Virus record (IMG/VR): IMGVR_UViG_3300047557_002467 | Location: 31,097 to 95,096 of that record | Direction: 5' to 3' (one strand) | DNA: 64,000 nt | Source of the DNA: a virus | Part shown: piece by piece, positions 32,065 to 41,828 of the stretch | Numbering within the stretch: the first letter of the stretch is position 1 | How the letters are laid out: each line of letters begins with the position of its first letter | The notes under the pieces: model-generated | The model's input: only the letters and a program-made list of their open reading frames with translations | Databases searched by the model: none | What the model was told of the DNA's origin: nothing | Program-made: the position numbers and the translations under genes

Positions 32065-33255
32065 TTACCCTATGTATACTTGTAAAGGAATATTATTAAG
32101 AGTATTTTGTAACGAATCATTCTCAGATTGCTTTCTTTGTAACTGAGCTTGCCTTGACATATCCTCTAAGTCTTGTCTCAGCTTCTCTCTTAATGTTGTC
32201 TGCATTGCTTGACCTCTTGAAATTAAGTCGGTATAGTTAAGTGTTACCTCACTACCAGGTACTGCTACCTGTTGATACTTACCTCTAATAAGTCCTAATA
32301 TTTCTGATGTCAGAGCAGCTGTATATTCCTTGATCCATTGCTTGCCAGGTTGATTAATATCTCCATATGTGATAAGACCGTAGGGTGCTAAAGAAGGATT
32401 TGCAACAAGTCCTTGATTAGCTCCATAAGGACTATTCTCTGTAAGACTCATTAGGTCTGATTGGAAGCAATACTGAATAGACACATATCTACCACCAACC
32501 ATTGGAACAGGCATTATTCTTAACATTGTTCCTATAATTTCAAAGCTCCAGTTAGGCAATCTAACTGTGTTTGACATCTCAAGTTGTTGTATTCTTTGTA
32601 TATCCCAATAAACTGGATAGAGAGTTGCACTATTAGAACCTCCACCTACACCAACACCTGCACCCATTCCATATCCACCCCAATCACCTGGCCATGCACC
32701 TGCACCACCTAACTGAGGGTAGTATGCACCATAACCGTATCCATAGATAGCAGGAGGTGCTTGATACATTACTCTTTGTACTATTAATCTATCAGTAGCA
32801 GACATACCTTGTGTACTTCTTGCCCAATCATACAAATCGTAACTTTGTACACTTGCAGTGAGCATCAATGAACCTGATTTCCACGACACAAATCCACCTA
32901 CACCTGCTACTTGACCGTATGTTTCAGATATGTTTATAAGGTTTGTTAAGTTTGGACTTACAACAGTGTTATTAAGTAATGAACTAGTTGGTTGACCCTC
33001 TAAAGTGAGGTAATTATCTTTGATCTTAAGCTGGTAAAGTTCTTCAGCATAGATGGATACTGCTTCTTCAAACGCAGCATAAATGTTCAAATCATCCAAT
33101 TCAACGTCTAGCACAGGATACCCCAACTTTCTTGCACAGTAGTTGGCTACTTTTGGACCGTCTGATTGGAACTGAGGATCGTTATCATAAAAGCCAAAAG
33201 GTGTACTACCTGATATTGGACCTGGTGAACCGTCGTATATTACTGGATTAGCCAT
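32065..33255 (-). CDS. neck/head-tail adaptor, T4 gp13-like
   Basis: YCARKLGYPVLDVELDD, WIKEYTAAL..EILG.IRGKY, PGSEVTLN. Confidence 0.8.
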   Translation of the reverse strand: MANPVIYDGSPGPISGSTPFGFYDNDPQFQSDGPKVANYCARKLGYPVLDVELDDLNIYAAFEEAVSIYAEELYQLKIKDNYLTLEGQPTSSLLNNTVVSPNLTNLINISETYGQVAGVGGFVSWKSGSLMLTASVQSYDLYDWARSTQGMSATDRLIVQRVMYQAPPAIYGYGYGAYYPQLGGAGAWPGDWGGYGMGAGVGVGGGSNSATLYPVYWDIQRIQQLEMSNTVRLPNWSFEIIGTMLRIMPVPMVGGRYVSIQYCFQSDLMSLTENSPYGANQGLVANPSLAPYGLITYGDINQPGKQWIKEYTAALTSEILGLIRGKYQQVAVPGSEVTLNYTDLISRGQAMQTTLREKLRQDLEDMSRQAQLQRKQSENDSLQNTLNNIPLQVYIG

Positions 33256-33947
33256 TAGTTTCTTAGTTGTTTATAGATGTTTAGTACTTCTTCTACTATT
33301 GGATGTCTGTGATTGTGTTTCAGATGCATTGAATTTACACCTCCTACTGCACCAGGTACTGCTTTGTTTAAGAATATTAAAGCAGAATCCTTTTTTTCTT
33401 TCAAATCAATCTGACCAACATCACCTACTATAACCATTTTTGAACCTTCACAAAGTCTTGAAATTGCCATTTCCATCTGTGAATCTGTAACGTTTTGAGC
33501 TTCATCTAAGATAATAAAAGCATTTGAAAAGTTACGTCCACGCATGAAAGCAAACGGAATAATCTCAATTTGACCTTCTACAAGTAGCTTATCTACCTTA
33601 GCTCTGTCATACAACCTATACATGTTATCATAGATTGGTGCAATATAAGGATCTAGTTTCTCCTTCATTCCACCCGGCAAAAAACCTATTTCTTCTTTTG
33701 CTGTAACAACAGGCCTAGCAACTATTATCTTCTCAAATTCCTTGTTAAACAAAGCGTCAAGCGCTGCTTGACAAGCTACAAGTGTTTTACCTGATCCTGC
33801 TTGTCCTGTTAGTATCGTAATCGTACTGTTTAGGATAACCTGTTTAGCTTGCTTTTGCTCTTCATTTAACTGTACCTGAAACTTAATTGGGTTTTTTAGC
33901 TTTCTTTTTACCTGACCTGCACTTTGATTCATGTGTAACTCTTTCAA
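33255..33947 (-). CDS. phoH: PhoH-family ATPase
   Basis: GQAGSGKT Walker A, IGFLPG, FMRGR, LDEAQN, GD..QID, HRH. Confidence 0.92.
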   Translation of the reverse strand: MKELHMNQSAGQVKRKLKNPIKFQVQLNEEQKQAKQVILNSTITILTGQAGSGKTLVACQAALDALFNKEFEKIIVARPVVTAKEEIGFLPGGMKEKLDPYIAPIYDNMYRLYDRAKVDKLLVEGQIEIIPFAFMRGRNFSNAFIILDEAQNVTDSQMEMAISRLCEGSKMVIVGDVGQIDLKEKKDSALIFLNKAVPGAVGGVNSMHLKHNHRHPIVEEVLNIYKQLRN

Positions 33948-33970
33948 ATAAATAGTTTCTAAATGTAAAT

Positions 33971-33997
33971 AAAAAAGCCGGTCTTACGGGACCGGCT
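33971..33997 (-). terminator. rho-independent terminator downstream of major capsid gene
   Basis: Coding strand AGCCGGTC-CCGTAA-GACCGGCT followed by TTTTT. Confidence 0.85.
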
Positions 33998-34022
33998 CTT
34001 TATGTTTTAGCTTTTAGCTAGA

Positions 34023-35720
34023 TTAGCTAGCTTGAGCTACTTGTAGGTCAGATACATATACCTTACCATAGTATTCAGGACGGATGATCTTCTTAGCGTA
34101 ACGAGTCATGATACCTTTTCTTGGAGTGAAGGTATTTGGATCGTACACTAATGGAGTCATGATCAATGGTACGTAAGGAGCGTATACGGCACCACACTCA
34201 AGGAACTGATTACCACGGAAGCCCATAAGGATTGTGTTCTCAGTCATGTATGGATTCTTATACACTTTATAACGGCTGTTAAGAGCACCGATCTTCTGTA
34301 CGCCGAATGCATACTTCATAGTGTCTGCTGCACCGTCTGTATCAGCTGCAAATCCAGGAATAGATTCCAAGATAGTAGCTACAGTTGGAGAACATACTAG
34401 GAAGTTAGCACCACCACGTAAAGTCAACTGATGGATCTTGTTAGATACAGCCTGAAGCTTGATACCCAAAGTTTGGAACCAAGACATTTGGTTGTAGTAA
34501 GCACCTGCTGTGTTAGATACATAAGCTGTACCAGCAGCATTGATTTGGTTACCGATTTGAGCAGACCAGTTTGCTACAGTTTGAGCATTCTCAATCAACA
34601 TGTCAAGGATTTCGAGGTCAATCTCAAGAGAGATGTACTCAGAAAGCATGCCAGTCAATTCAGCTTCAGCGTCAAGGCTGTGGTAAGCATTCAAGTCTTG
34701 AGCAAATTCTGGAGTCCATTGTGCTTTCAACTTACGAGTTTTAGCAGAAATGGTCTCAGACTTCATTTGTACGTTGATCTCAGGGATAACGATTGAAGCA
34801 GAGTTTGCAGCATTCGGGTTAGAGAAAGGAGCAGGTGTGTCGTTTGGAGCATCTTCGAAATCACCACGAGTTTGGAAGTTGGTAGATTTGTTATAGAACA
34901 AAGTTGAACCAGTAGCAAGAGATAGGTTAACGTTAGCAAGTGTAGAACCGCTCACGAAAAACACTAAGTTTGCACCTTCTACTACAGTGAAATCAGAGAT
35001 AATAGTGCTAGGATTAACTGCACCACCACCGCCAGATGAACCAGAAAGTTCAAATGCACGAACACCATTGGTATCAAGTACTAAAGAGCCTGTGTTAACA
35101 AAAACTTTAACCATTGTATTACCTACGATAGAAGCAGAGTAAGCAGAGTTAAAATTAATGTCTTTGAAAGTTGCAAGAGCTGCAGTGGTAGAACCAGAAG
35201 CATAAGAAGCAGAGAACTGGTTGATTGAATAACCAAAGCGACCTTGGCCATAAAGACCACCTTCAGCTAGGTTACCAAATCCACTGTTCAAAGTTTGGTT
35301 CAAAGTACCATAAACTGACTGACCAGCTTGGAATGGCTTAGGGATGCTGTTACCATACTGGAAGTCAAGGTAGAATACTAGACCTGCAGGAAGATTCATA
35401 GGCTGTACAGAAACGAATTCTTTAGCAGCAATCTGTCCAAAGATCTTACGAACCAATGGAAGAGCTACACCAGCCCACTGCTCACCATTACCTGGTGTGA
35501 AAGTAGCACCGTTTGTTACGTTACCGCCTGTTGAAGATTGCTCCATTACGAGCTGCTTTGCTTGGTTTTCCAAGATAACGGCCATGTTGTTGCGATCGTA
35601 GTCCTTAAGACCTTCGAGCAAACCAGACTTTGACCATTTCTTAGCAAGCCTCTGGCTAACACCAAGTTGATCTTGGTATGGGTTAGCACTTTCTAAAAGT
35701 GATTGTACGAGGTTTGACAT
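34023..35720 (-). CDS. major capsid protein, T4 gp23-like
   Basis: AVILENQ, VQPMNLPAGLVFYL, TRKLKAQWTPEFAQDL.AYH..DAEAEL, YAPYVPL, PRKGIMTRYA. Confidence 0.95.
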   Translation of the reverse strand: MSNLVQSLLESANPYQDQLGVSQRLAKKWSKSGLLEGLKDYDRNNMAVILENQAKQLVMEQSSTGGNVTNGATFTPGNGEQWAGVALPLVRKIFGQIAAKEFVSVQPMNLPAGLVFYLDFQYGNSIPKPFQAGQSVYGTLNQTLNSGFGNLAEGGLYGQGRFGYSINQFSASYASGSTTAALATFKDINFNSAYSASIVGNTMVKVFVNTGSLVLDTNGVRAFELSGSSGGGGAVNPSTIISDFTVVEGANLVFFVSGSTLANVNLSLATGSTLFYNKSTNFQTRGDFEDAPNDTPAPFSNPNAANSASIVIPEINVQMKSETISAKTRKLKAQWTPEFAQDLNAYHSLDAEAELTGMLSEYISLEIDLEILDMLIENAQTVANWSAQIGNQINAAGTAYVSNTAGAYYNQMSWFQTLGIKLQAVSNKIHQLTLRGGANFLVCSPTVATILESIPGFAADTDGAADTMKYAFGVQKIGALNSRYKVYKNPYMTENTILMGFRGNQFLECGAVYAPYVPLIMTPLVYDPNTFTPRKGIMTRYAKKIIRPEYYGKVYVSDLQVAQAS

Positions 35721-35752
35721 TTTAAAAATGTATTAAAGTTAAAAAAAAATTA

Positions 35753-36946
35753 TTATCTAATTCCAGCTAATTGCTGCCATCTTGTTACAAATGAGTCAGC
35801 TTCTACAATTGGTCTAGCTGGAGCATGTCCAATTGGTTTTGAAGCAAATCCTACAGACTCTCTAAGTGAACCTTTCTTAGTTTCTGAACCAAGAGATTCA
35901 AGAAGTGTTTTGTAGGTGTTCTCAACTTCTTTAACAGAAACATTCCTGTCAAATGCGTCGATTACTTTTTTCTTCTGTGCTTCAGACAGATTCTTAGCTT
36001 TGAAGATCTTATTTACATAAAGCATCTTAGCAGAGAAAAGATTTACTTCGTTAAGTTCAGACTTAAGAGCCTTAATGGTTCTTACTGCTTCATTTAACTC
36101 TTTCTTCATTTCTTCTACTTGATGCACTTCTTCAGCATCAGTTTTAATTGAACCAGGAACTTTTGCAGCTTCTTCCATTTTCTTCTCTTCGTTTTCGAGT
36201 TCAGCAAGAATTTCTTCAAGAGAAATTTCTTCTTCATCGTCTACTTCCATCTCATCTCCACCTAAATCGGCAGCAAGATCAGTGTCAGCATCGAGAGCAG
36301 GACCCATATCACCAGCACCACTTTGAAGTTGCATAAATACATCACGAATGATTTCTTTAAGATCTCCAACTTCCAATTCAACTACTTCAGTTGCATCAGA
36401 AACAGGTTCGTCGGCTTTAGGGGCTTTAGAAGCAGGCTTGTCATCTTCAGCGCTTTCATCTTCATCGTTATCTGATTCTTCATCATCTGCTTCGTGGATT
36501 GAACTTTTTGCTTTTTCTGGATAGCCTGTACCTCCTTTAGTAGTACGTGCCTTCTCATCGTATCCAGTGTCGCCACTTACAGTGTGAGCTTTTTCAGAAT
36601 AACCAGCTGTGGTTCCTTGTTTTTTGGCTTCATCGATGTTGCCGTCCATTTCTTCAGATAAAGCGTCAAGTTCTGCAAGAATTTCATCGAGCGTGCTCTC
36701 ATCGACCATGTCGCTCATTTCTTCCATCTTGTGCTTTTTCTTTTCCATGTCATGCTTCATCTCTTCCATTTTGTCAGATTCTTCCATGTCAGCCATGTCG
36801 TCTTCAGACAGGGTTTTAGCCATGGATTCCTTAACGAAAGGTTCGAAATGTTCAGCGAGTGTTGCTTTAGCTGCAGCCATAGCTGTCTCACGAACTGCCT
36901 TTGCGTCAAGGATTGCTTGTTTGAACAATTCTTGATTTTCCATCAT
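35753..36946 (-). CDS. prohead core/scaffolding protein, T4 gp22-like (start adjusted to MMENQ)
   Basis: Acidic coiled-coil protein directly upstream of MCP; many L/I-x-E sites; internal LDEILAEL/LEEILAEL and GYxEKA repeats; ends RWQQLAGIR. Confidence 0.75.
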   Translation of the reverse strand: MMENQELFKQAILDAKAVRETAMAAAKATLAEHFEPFVKESMAKTLSEDDMADMEESDKMEEMKHDMEKKKHKMEEMSDMVDESTLDEILAELDALSEEMDGNIDEAKKQGTTAGYSEKAHTVSGDTGYDEKARTTKGGTGYPEKAKSSIHEADDEESDNDEDESAEDDKPASKAPKADEPVSDATEVVELEVGDLKEIIRDVFMQLQSGAGDMGPALDADTDLAADLGGDEMEVDDEEEISLEEILAELENEEKKMEEAAKVPGSIKTDAEEVHQVEEMKKELNEAVRTIKALKSELNEVNLFSAKMLYVNKIFKAKNLSEAQKKKVIDAFDRNVSVKEVENTYKTLLESLGSETKKGSLRESVGFASKPIGHAPARPIVEADSFVTRWQQLAGIR

Positions 36947-37035
36947 AAATTTGTTTCGGGGATTGCTAATTAGATTGTGTAGCAATATAAGGGTAAGAGT
37001 AATTCTTAGACACCATATTAGAATGGGGTACTATG

Positions 37036-37043
37036 ATAAATAG
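37036..37043 (-). promoter_or_regulatory. putative late promoter motif CTATTTAT for scaffold-MCP transcript
   Basis: Intergenic copy about 90 nt upstream of the scaffold start. Confidence 0.55.
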
Positions 37044-37079
37044 TCCGTTGGTTACTAAAACGTTGACTTTCTAAGAAAT

Positions 37080-37400
37080 TTATTTAATACCAAACGGTTC
37101 ACCTGTAACACTGTGTACAGCTTTTCTATAAGCTTTTTGAAATTCGCTTTGGAGTACTTTCATGAGAAGGTCTTGTAGTGGTTGGTTATTTTTAAGTAGT
37201 GCTATCTTACCTTCACCTTCGTCATGGAAGAATGCACTAACCTCTACAAACATTGTATCTCTACCTTGAGAATCGTCTATTGTAAGTCTTATTGATGGTA
37301 CATCGTCATAGATGTTTGGATCATCTATAGAGTTTACTTCGTTTTCAACAACTCCTGCCAGTTCTTGGAGTCTTTTAACTTCGTTAAGTTGTTGTTTCAT
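37080..37400 (-). CDS. leader-tagged small protein (divergent QKIAG-family member)
   Basis: Starts MKQQLNEVKRLQELAGVVENE; lies between protease and scaffold; start adjusted to ATG at 37400. Confidence 0.65.
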   Translation of the reverse strand: MKQQLNEVKRLQELAGVVENEVNSIDDPNIYDDVPSIRLTIDDSQGRDTMFVEVSAFFHDEGEGKIALLKNNQPLQDLLMKVLQSEFQKAYRKAVHSVTGEPFGIK

Positions 37401-37402
37401 AG

Positions 37403-38035
37403 TTAAGGCTTTAAGCAACAAACACCTGATTGAGTGCAGATGATGTCTGAAATAAGTTTGTTAACACTGTCGTATTTGTTGTAACTAATTAATGGATTAT
37501 ATGACTCATTAATCCCTGAAATTGGTTTTACATATGCACCAAACGTTGATGGTATTGATACAAAGTCCCAACAAATTAACTCTAGGTCGTCTTCAACTTG
37601 CACAAGTCCTTCTCCAATTGGTGTTACAGAACCCATTGCACGAGATGATACGCCTACGTTAATGCCTGCCATAAACAATTGTCTTAGAATATTGCCAGAT
37701 GGAGTATCAAGAATTTCAAACTCACCATACAAATCCTTATCCTGCCACCATAGTTTGGTAATGTTATGACATACATTCTTAAGGTTTATAACAGAAGACT
37801 CAGGATGATCTAACTCTCCTAAAGCTCTTTTCTCCATAACAGGACCTTCTACATACAACTGTACCTGCTTTGCTAATACATCATAATCATAGATACGACG
37901 GTTAGCATTAGGCTTATTGGCAGCTTGTACCTTTCCTGCAACCAAAAAAGGTTTATTAGGATTGTATCTAGCCTCATTAAGCTGCTGCTGTAAAGGCTCA
38001 AAAAGCATGTGTTCTATCAGTACTTGTTTGGCCAT
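37403..38035 (-). CDS. prohead maturation protease, T4 gp21-like
   Basis: N.N.RIY, ALGELDHP, GVSSRAMGS, WDFVSIPS. Confidence 0.93.
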   Translation of the reverse strand: MAKQVLIEHMLFEPLQQQLNEARYNPNKPFLVAGKVQAANKPNANRRIYDYDVLAKQVQLYVEGPVMEKRALGELDHPESSVINLKNVCHNITKLWWQDKDLYGEFEILDTPSGNILRQLFMAGINVGVSSRAMGSVTPIGEGLVQVEDDLELICWDFVSIPSTFGAYVKPISGINESYNPLISYNKYDSVNKLISDIICTQSGVCCLKP

Positions 38036-38036
38036 A

Positions 38037-39260
38037 TTATACGTTCTTAGTTAATCCTGTTTTAGTATCAGTAACATCAACTTGCTGTCCTAACTTTTTC
38101 TCCATACTCCTAGCAGTCTGTGTTACTCTGTTTACATCTTTACCAACATCTACTGTAACACCTGTATCAGTCTTAGCAATAGCACCTTCCTTCTTAATTT
38201 TATCAATAGCTTTTACAAGCTTTGCTTTTATCTTTTCTAGTAGAGACGCTTCGTTGTCCTTTTCTTCCGTTTGAGTTAGTTTGGGATCAACACCTGTATC
38301 AGGACCTCGAACACTACCCATATTTGGAAGAGAACTAAATGTTTTTGGTGCTTCAGGATGTTGAGGAATATCTTTTTTAGTTAGAACATTTTTCTGTAAA
38401 TGATAACCATAGGTTTTATCAGGATCTTCACCTTCTCCATCTTTATTGTACTTAGCTTTCGCTGCTTCATACGCATCAGAATCCTTATCAAAAACTACAA
38501 TAGCAGTATGTGTGTCAAAGCCAATAACATTACCTACACCGTTCTCGTCATACCCTTTTAGAGATTTTTTTTTTACTCTTGAACCTATACCAATATCTTC
38601 AAATTTATCATTGTTATTAGTTAGATCTTCAAGTAAATGCTCTTTTAAAGCCATTACTTTTTCCTTACCTGGTGTTGCAAAAGCCTGTAGTTTACCTTTA
38701 GGAGTTTGAGTCATCTGAGCTACTTTCTCCTTCTTTTTAACATCCTTAGTAACGTGGTTGGCACTTGCAGGAGCATCTTTCTTAACTACTTTAAGCTCGT
38801 TTGCTTTATCTACATTGCCTACCTTCTTGTATTCTTTCATCTTGAGATTTTCATCTCTTTTCTTAATCTCATCGTAGTTAGCAATCATTAATTCTCTGTA
38901 TGCGTCAGGATCCTTAAGCATCTTAGCTACTACCTTTTTTCTAGCCTTCACATAATTTTCATCTGTGATTTCAGGCATCTTAGACAATTCGTACTTGATA
39001 GCACGGTCTGCTACATAAACATTCAAGTGATCCATACCTCTATACAAATCGTCTTCAGCGTTTGGATTATGCTTGTAAACGCCTTCTGGCTTCTTAACTT
39101 CGTTTAAGATACGTTTACCTTTCAAGATCTTTACTGAGTCATCGTACGATGTCACTGGAGATATATGTTGAGGAAACTGCATACGTATATTACGCATAAA
39201 GTTTGCTTTTGACATCTTGCCTTCTAAAAGGTCTTGGTACTGTGCTTGAATATTTTTCAT
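38037..39260 (-). CDS. hypothetical head-associated protein
   Basis: Between portal and protease; Lys/Glu-rich with multiple L-x-E sites (LLE, LNE, LKE). Confidence 0.6.
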   Translation of the reverse strand: MKNIQAQYQDLLEGKMSKANFMRNIRMQFPQHISPVTSYDDSVKILKGKRILNEVKKPEGVYKHNPNAEDDLYRGMDHLNVYVADRAIKYELSKMPEITDENYVKARKKVVAKMLKDPDAYRELMIANYDEIKKRDENLKMKEYKKVGNVDKANELKVVKKDAPASANHVTKDVKKKEKVAQMTQTPKGKLQAFATPGKEKVMALKEHLLEDLTNNNDKFEDIGIGSRVKKKSLKGYDENGVGNVIGFDTHTAIVVFDKDSDAYEAAKAKYNKDGEGEDPDKTYGYHLQKNVLTKKDIPQHPEAPKTFSSLPNMGSVRGPDTGVDPKLTQTEEKDNEASLLEKIKAKLVKAIDKIKKEGAIAKTDTGVTVDVGKDVNRVTQTARSMEKKLGQQVDVTDTKTGLTKNV

Positions 39261-39278
39261 ACTAATAAATAGTTAAAT

Positions 39279-39770
39279 TTAATCTTCGTTATCCCAACCT
39301 AAAGCTTTGCTTAAATTTGTGTAACCCTTTGCTAAATCTTTTATATTACCAACCATGTCATCTAAACCCATAACCTCCATATCAAAACTATCAAGTTCGT
39401 TTGTCAAGTCTTCAAGTTTTACTACATTATCTGGTCTTTCAAAGAAATCATATTGCTCTATTACAGAGTAGTAGTCTCCAATACTTTTTTCTGTTCTTTT
39501 TCTAATATCCTTCAAAGTGGCTTGATATTCGTCCAGCTTTTTTGGATCCTTTGATAGGTCTTTTACTGATAGATCTTCAATTTTACCTGTAATTGAGGCT
39601 ACTGTTTTTTTATTATCATCAAGTAACTTGGCAGCTTCTTTTACATACTTCTCTGCTTTTTTTTCAGGTCTATCAGAAAGAGGGTTATCGGATAGTTCAA
39701 GTTCTTCTTTAAGAAGACCTGCTATCTTTTGTAATTCGTGTACCTCTTTTATCAATACCTTTCTTTTCAT
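39279..39770 (-). CDS. QKIAG-leader family protein (helical cargo)
   Basis: Start adjusted to MKRKVLIKEVHELQKIAGLLKEELELSDNPL. Confidence 0.75.
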   Translation of the reverse strand: MKRKVLIKEVHELQKIAGLLKEELELSDNPLSDRPEKKAEKYVKEAAKLLDDNKKTVASITGKIEDLSVKDLSKDPKKLDEYQATLKDIRKRTEKSIGDYYSVIEQYDFFERPDNVVKLEDLTNELDSFDMEVMGLDDMVGNIKDLAKGYTNLSKALGWDNED

Positions 39771-39771
39771 A

Positions 39772-39903
39772 CTATCTTCCTTGTCCTCGGTAGTTCTTTT
39801 CAGATCTATCGTGTTTGTTAAATGATTTCTGAGACTTACCTTTTTTGCGTTTACCAAAGGTAACCTTTACTGATTCACCACTTTTTCCTTTTACTTTTGC
39901 CAT
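39772..39903 (-). CDS. small basic protein ending YRGQGR, 43 aa (not in ORF track)
   Basis: Manual translation MAKVKGKSGESVKVTFGKRKKGKSQKSFNKHDRSEKNYRGQGR; exactly fills the gap. Confidence 0.7.
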   Translation of the reverse strand: MAKVKGKSGESVKVTFGKRKKGKSQKSFNKHDRSEKNYRGQGR

Positions 39904-39913
39904 GACTTAAAAT

Positions 39914-40948
39914 TTAATAACGATCTTTCATTCTTCTTGTCATATAATCACTTAGATGTTCACCACCAAACACACCTTCTATTCTAGCGTTTATATCGTA
40001 TTGATCTAACCCTTTTTGAATCCATCTTTCTAATTCATTGTATAGATCTTCTTGTTCTTCAAAAAACCAATATCCTTCACGTGCATTCCACTCAGCGTGT
40101 AACTCCATATCCTCTACCATCTCTGCAATCTTTGTATTGTCTTCTGGTGTTCTACCAACGACCATTAATCCTGATCTCTGTGCTGCTTCTTTTAGTTTTG
40201 GTTTTTCTTCACCTTTCAACTTCTTAATCTTCGAATACACTTCGACTACTCTAGTATGAATTTTTTCAAATACTTTTTTAGTATTACTACTATATTCTAT
40301 TGTTTCATCACCTTCTGATAATTCTGATCTCATCTGTCTAGTGAATTCTAATAGCTTGTTAATCTCTTCTAACTTATTACTAATGATCTTAGCTGCTTCG
40401 TGCATTTGTTGAGGCTTACTTCTTAGCGCAGCTTCTTTTTTAAATTGAGAATACCTTTTAGATTCCCACAACTCTTCTACGTCAATACTTTTCAATTTCT
40501 TACCTGCTTCTGCTGCTGAGGGTGCTTTTGTAAATCCTACACTGGAGTAGCCTGATAAATTTTTTGAACCTTGCTTATTAGTCTTAGCGGGTGAACCTGC
40601 TAATCTTGGTGCATCTTCTTGGTATTGCTTTTTACGTGTTCCTGCTGCATACTGCTCTCCTGTACCGGTAGGACCTTGTGGATCCCAGCTTGCACCATCT
40701 GTTGTTCCGCCGCCTACTGTATTTCCGCCGCCTACTCCACTCGATCCTGTCATTTCATCGATTTGAGGATTTTCTATAATTTGAATAGCTGTCTCGAGAG
40801 TAATAATACCTTCTATAACAGCATTAGTCATAATCCTAATTAAATCTACATCAGTAGCTCCGGCATCTTGTAGAGCAGACTGTACTATGTTTTTCAGTTC
40901 TGAGGTATCCTCCAATAAAAACTGTGTAGCGAATTGATTATTCATCAC
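39914..40948 (-). CDS. hypothetical multi-module head-associated protein
   Basis: Segments separated by LLE, IDE, LWE, LKE sites; downstream of portal. Confidence 0.6.
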   Translation of the reverse strand: MMNNQFATQFLLEDTSELKNIVQSALQDAGATDVDLIRIMTNAVIEGIITLETAIQIIENPQIDEMTGSSGVGGGNTVGGGTTDGASWDPQGPTGTGEQYAAGTRKKQYQEDAPRLAGSPAKTNKQGSKNLSGYSSVGFTKAPSAAEAGKKLKSIDVEELWESKRYSQFKKEAALRSKPQQMHEAAKIISNKLEEINKLLEFTRQMRSELSEGDETIEYSSNTKKVFEKIHTRVVEVYSKIKKLKGEEKPKLKEAAQRSGLMVVGRTPEDNTKIAEMVEDMELHAEWNAREGYWFFEEQEDLYNELERWIQKGLDQYDINARIEGVFGGEHLSDYMTRRMKDRY

Positions 40949-41796
40949 TTTATGTCTTTTAATTCGCTTATTAATTGATAGTATTGCATTAGACCTATAA
41001 CAACTTCATCTCTAATTGGATCGTTTGCACCAATTGGTTTAATGAAGTTTAGTACTTCGTTGAGTTTAATCTTAAGTACTTGATCTTTTGTATTAGTTTT
41101 TATATCCACTATTTCAGACTTAACTTCTAAAAGCTTAGTGTTAAGATATGCTTTAAGATTTTTTGTATCTGAAACGTTGTTGATATACTCTTTTAACAAG
41201 TCCTTTTGCTCTGCTGATAAAACAGAATACTTGTCATTAAACTTTTCAATTAATATTTTGTGAGCTAGGAATCTAATTTCTTTATCTTCCTTCATAAACT
41301 CTTCTACAACCTTAGAAGCAACCTTACGCTCTGTTAAAGTTTCCTTAGTTACATGCTCAAGAAGAGTAAGTTTATTTGTAATGATTTGCTTAGTATCGGC
41401 CGGATTCTTAGTTGATTTAGATTCAATCAATGTATAGATTGATGCTGAGATTCTATAGTTATCGATCTTAGCTTTAAAAAAATCATCTAAATCGTAGTGT
41501 TTTTTGATCTCCTTAATAAGGTTATACTTCTCTTTATCGAGTTTAGTTCTATCTAAATGAGTAGCTTGCTCTGCAACAGTATTTATCAAAACTTCAGCCT
41601 TAGATTCACTTAATTTAGGTGCGTTGATTACCGTATTATACAAATTATATTCTTTACCAAGCTCAGTGTTGATAAAGTATTTTTTGAATATTTTAGCAGC
41701 TCTCGGATCCTTATTTGTCATAAGGTCTGAAGTAGCTTGTCTTACCAGCAATTCAAAAAGAATACCGGTATTTTTGTATTTGCTATGTTTAATCAT
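40945..41796 (-). CDS. hypothetical protein immediately downstream of portal
   Basis: 283-aa helical ORF starting MIKHSKYKNTGILFELLVRQ; own TATTTAT motif at 41814-41821. Confidence 0.7.
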   Translation of the reverse strand: MIKHSKYKNTGILFELLVRQATSDLMTNKDPRAAKIFKKYFINTELGKEYNLYNTVINAPKLSESKAEVLINTVAEQATHLDRTKLDKEKYNLIKEIKKHYDLDDFFKAKIDNYRISASIYTLIESKSTKNPADTKQIITNKLTLLEHVTKETLTERKVASKVVEEFMKEDKEIRFLAHKILIEKFNDKYSVLSAEQKDLLKEYINNVSDTKNLKAYLNTKLLEVKSEIVDIKTNTKDQVLKIKLNEVLNFIKPIGANDPIRDEVVIGLMQYYQLISELKDIK

Positions 41797-41828
41797 TACA
41801 GTTTGCCTTAATTATAAATATCTGTTTA

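Noticed and set aside
39771-39857. Upstream extensions of track ORFs 39279-39857, 46147-46926, 47404-47874, 37080-37421 and 35753-36985
   Set aside because: They overlap upstream genes or leaders; downstream ATGs align with the conserved family leader or fit gene packing better.
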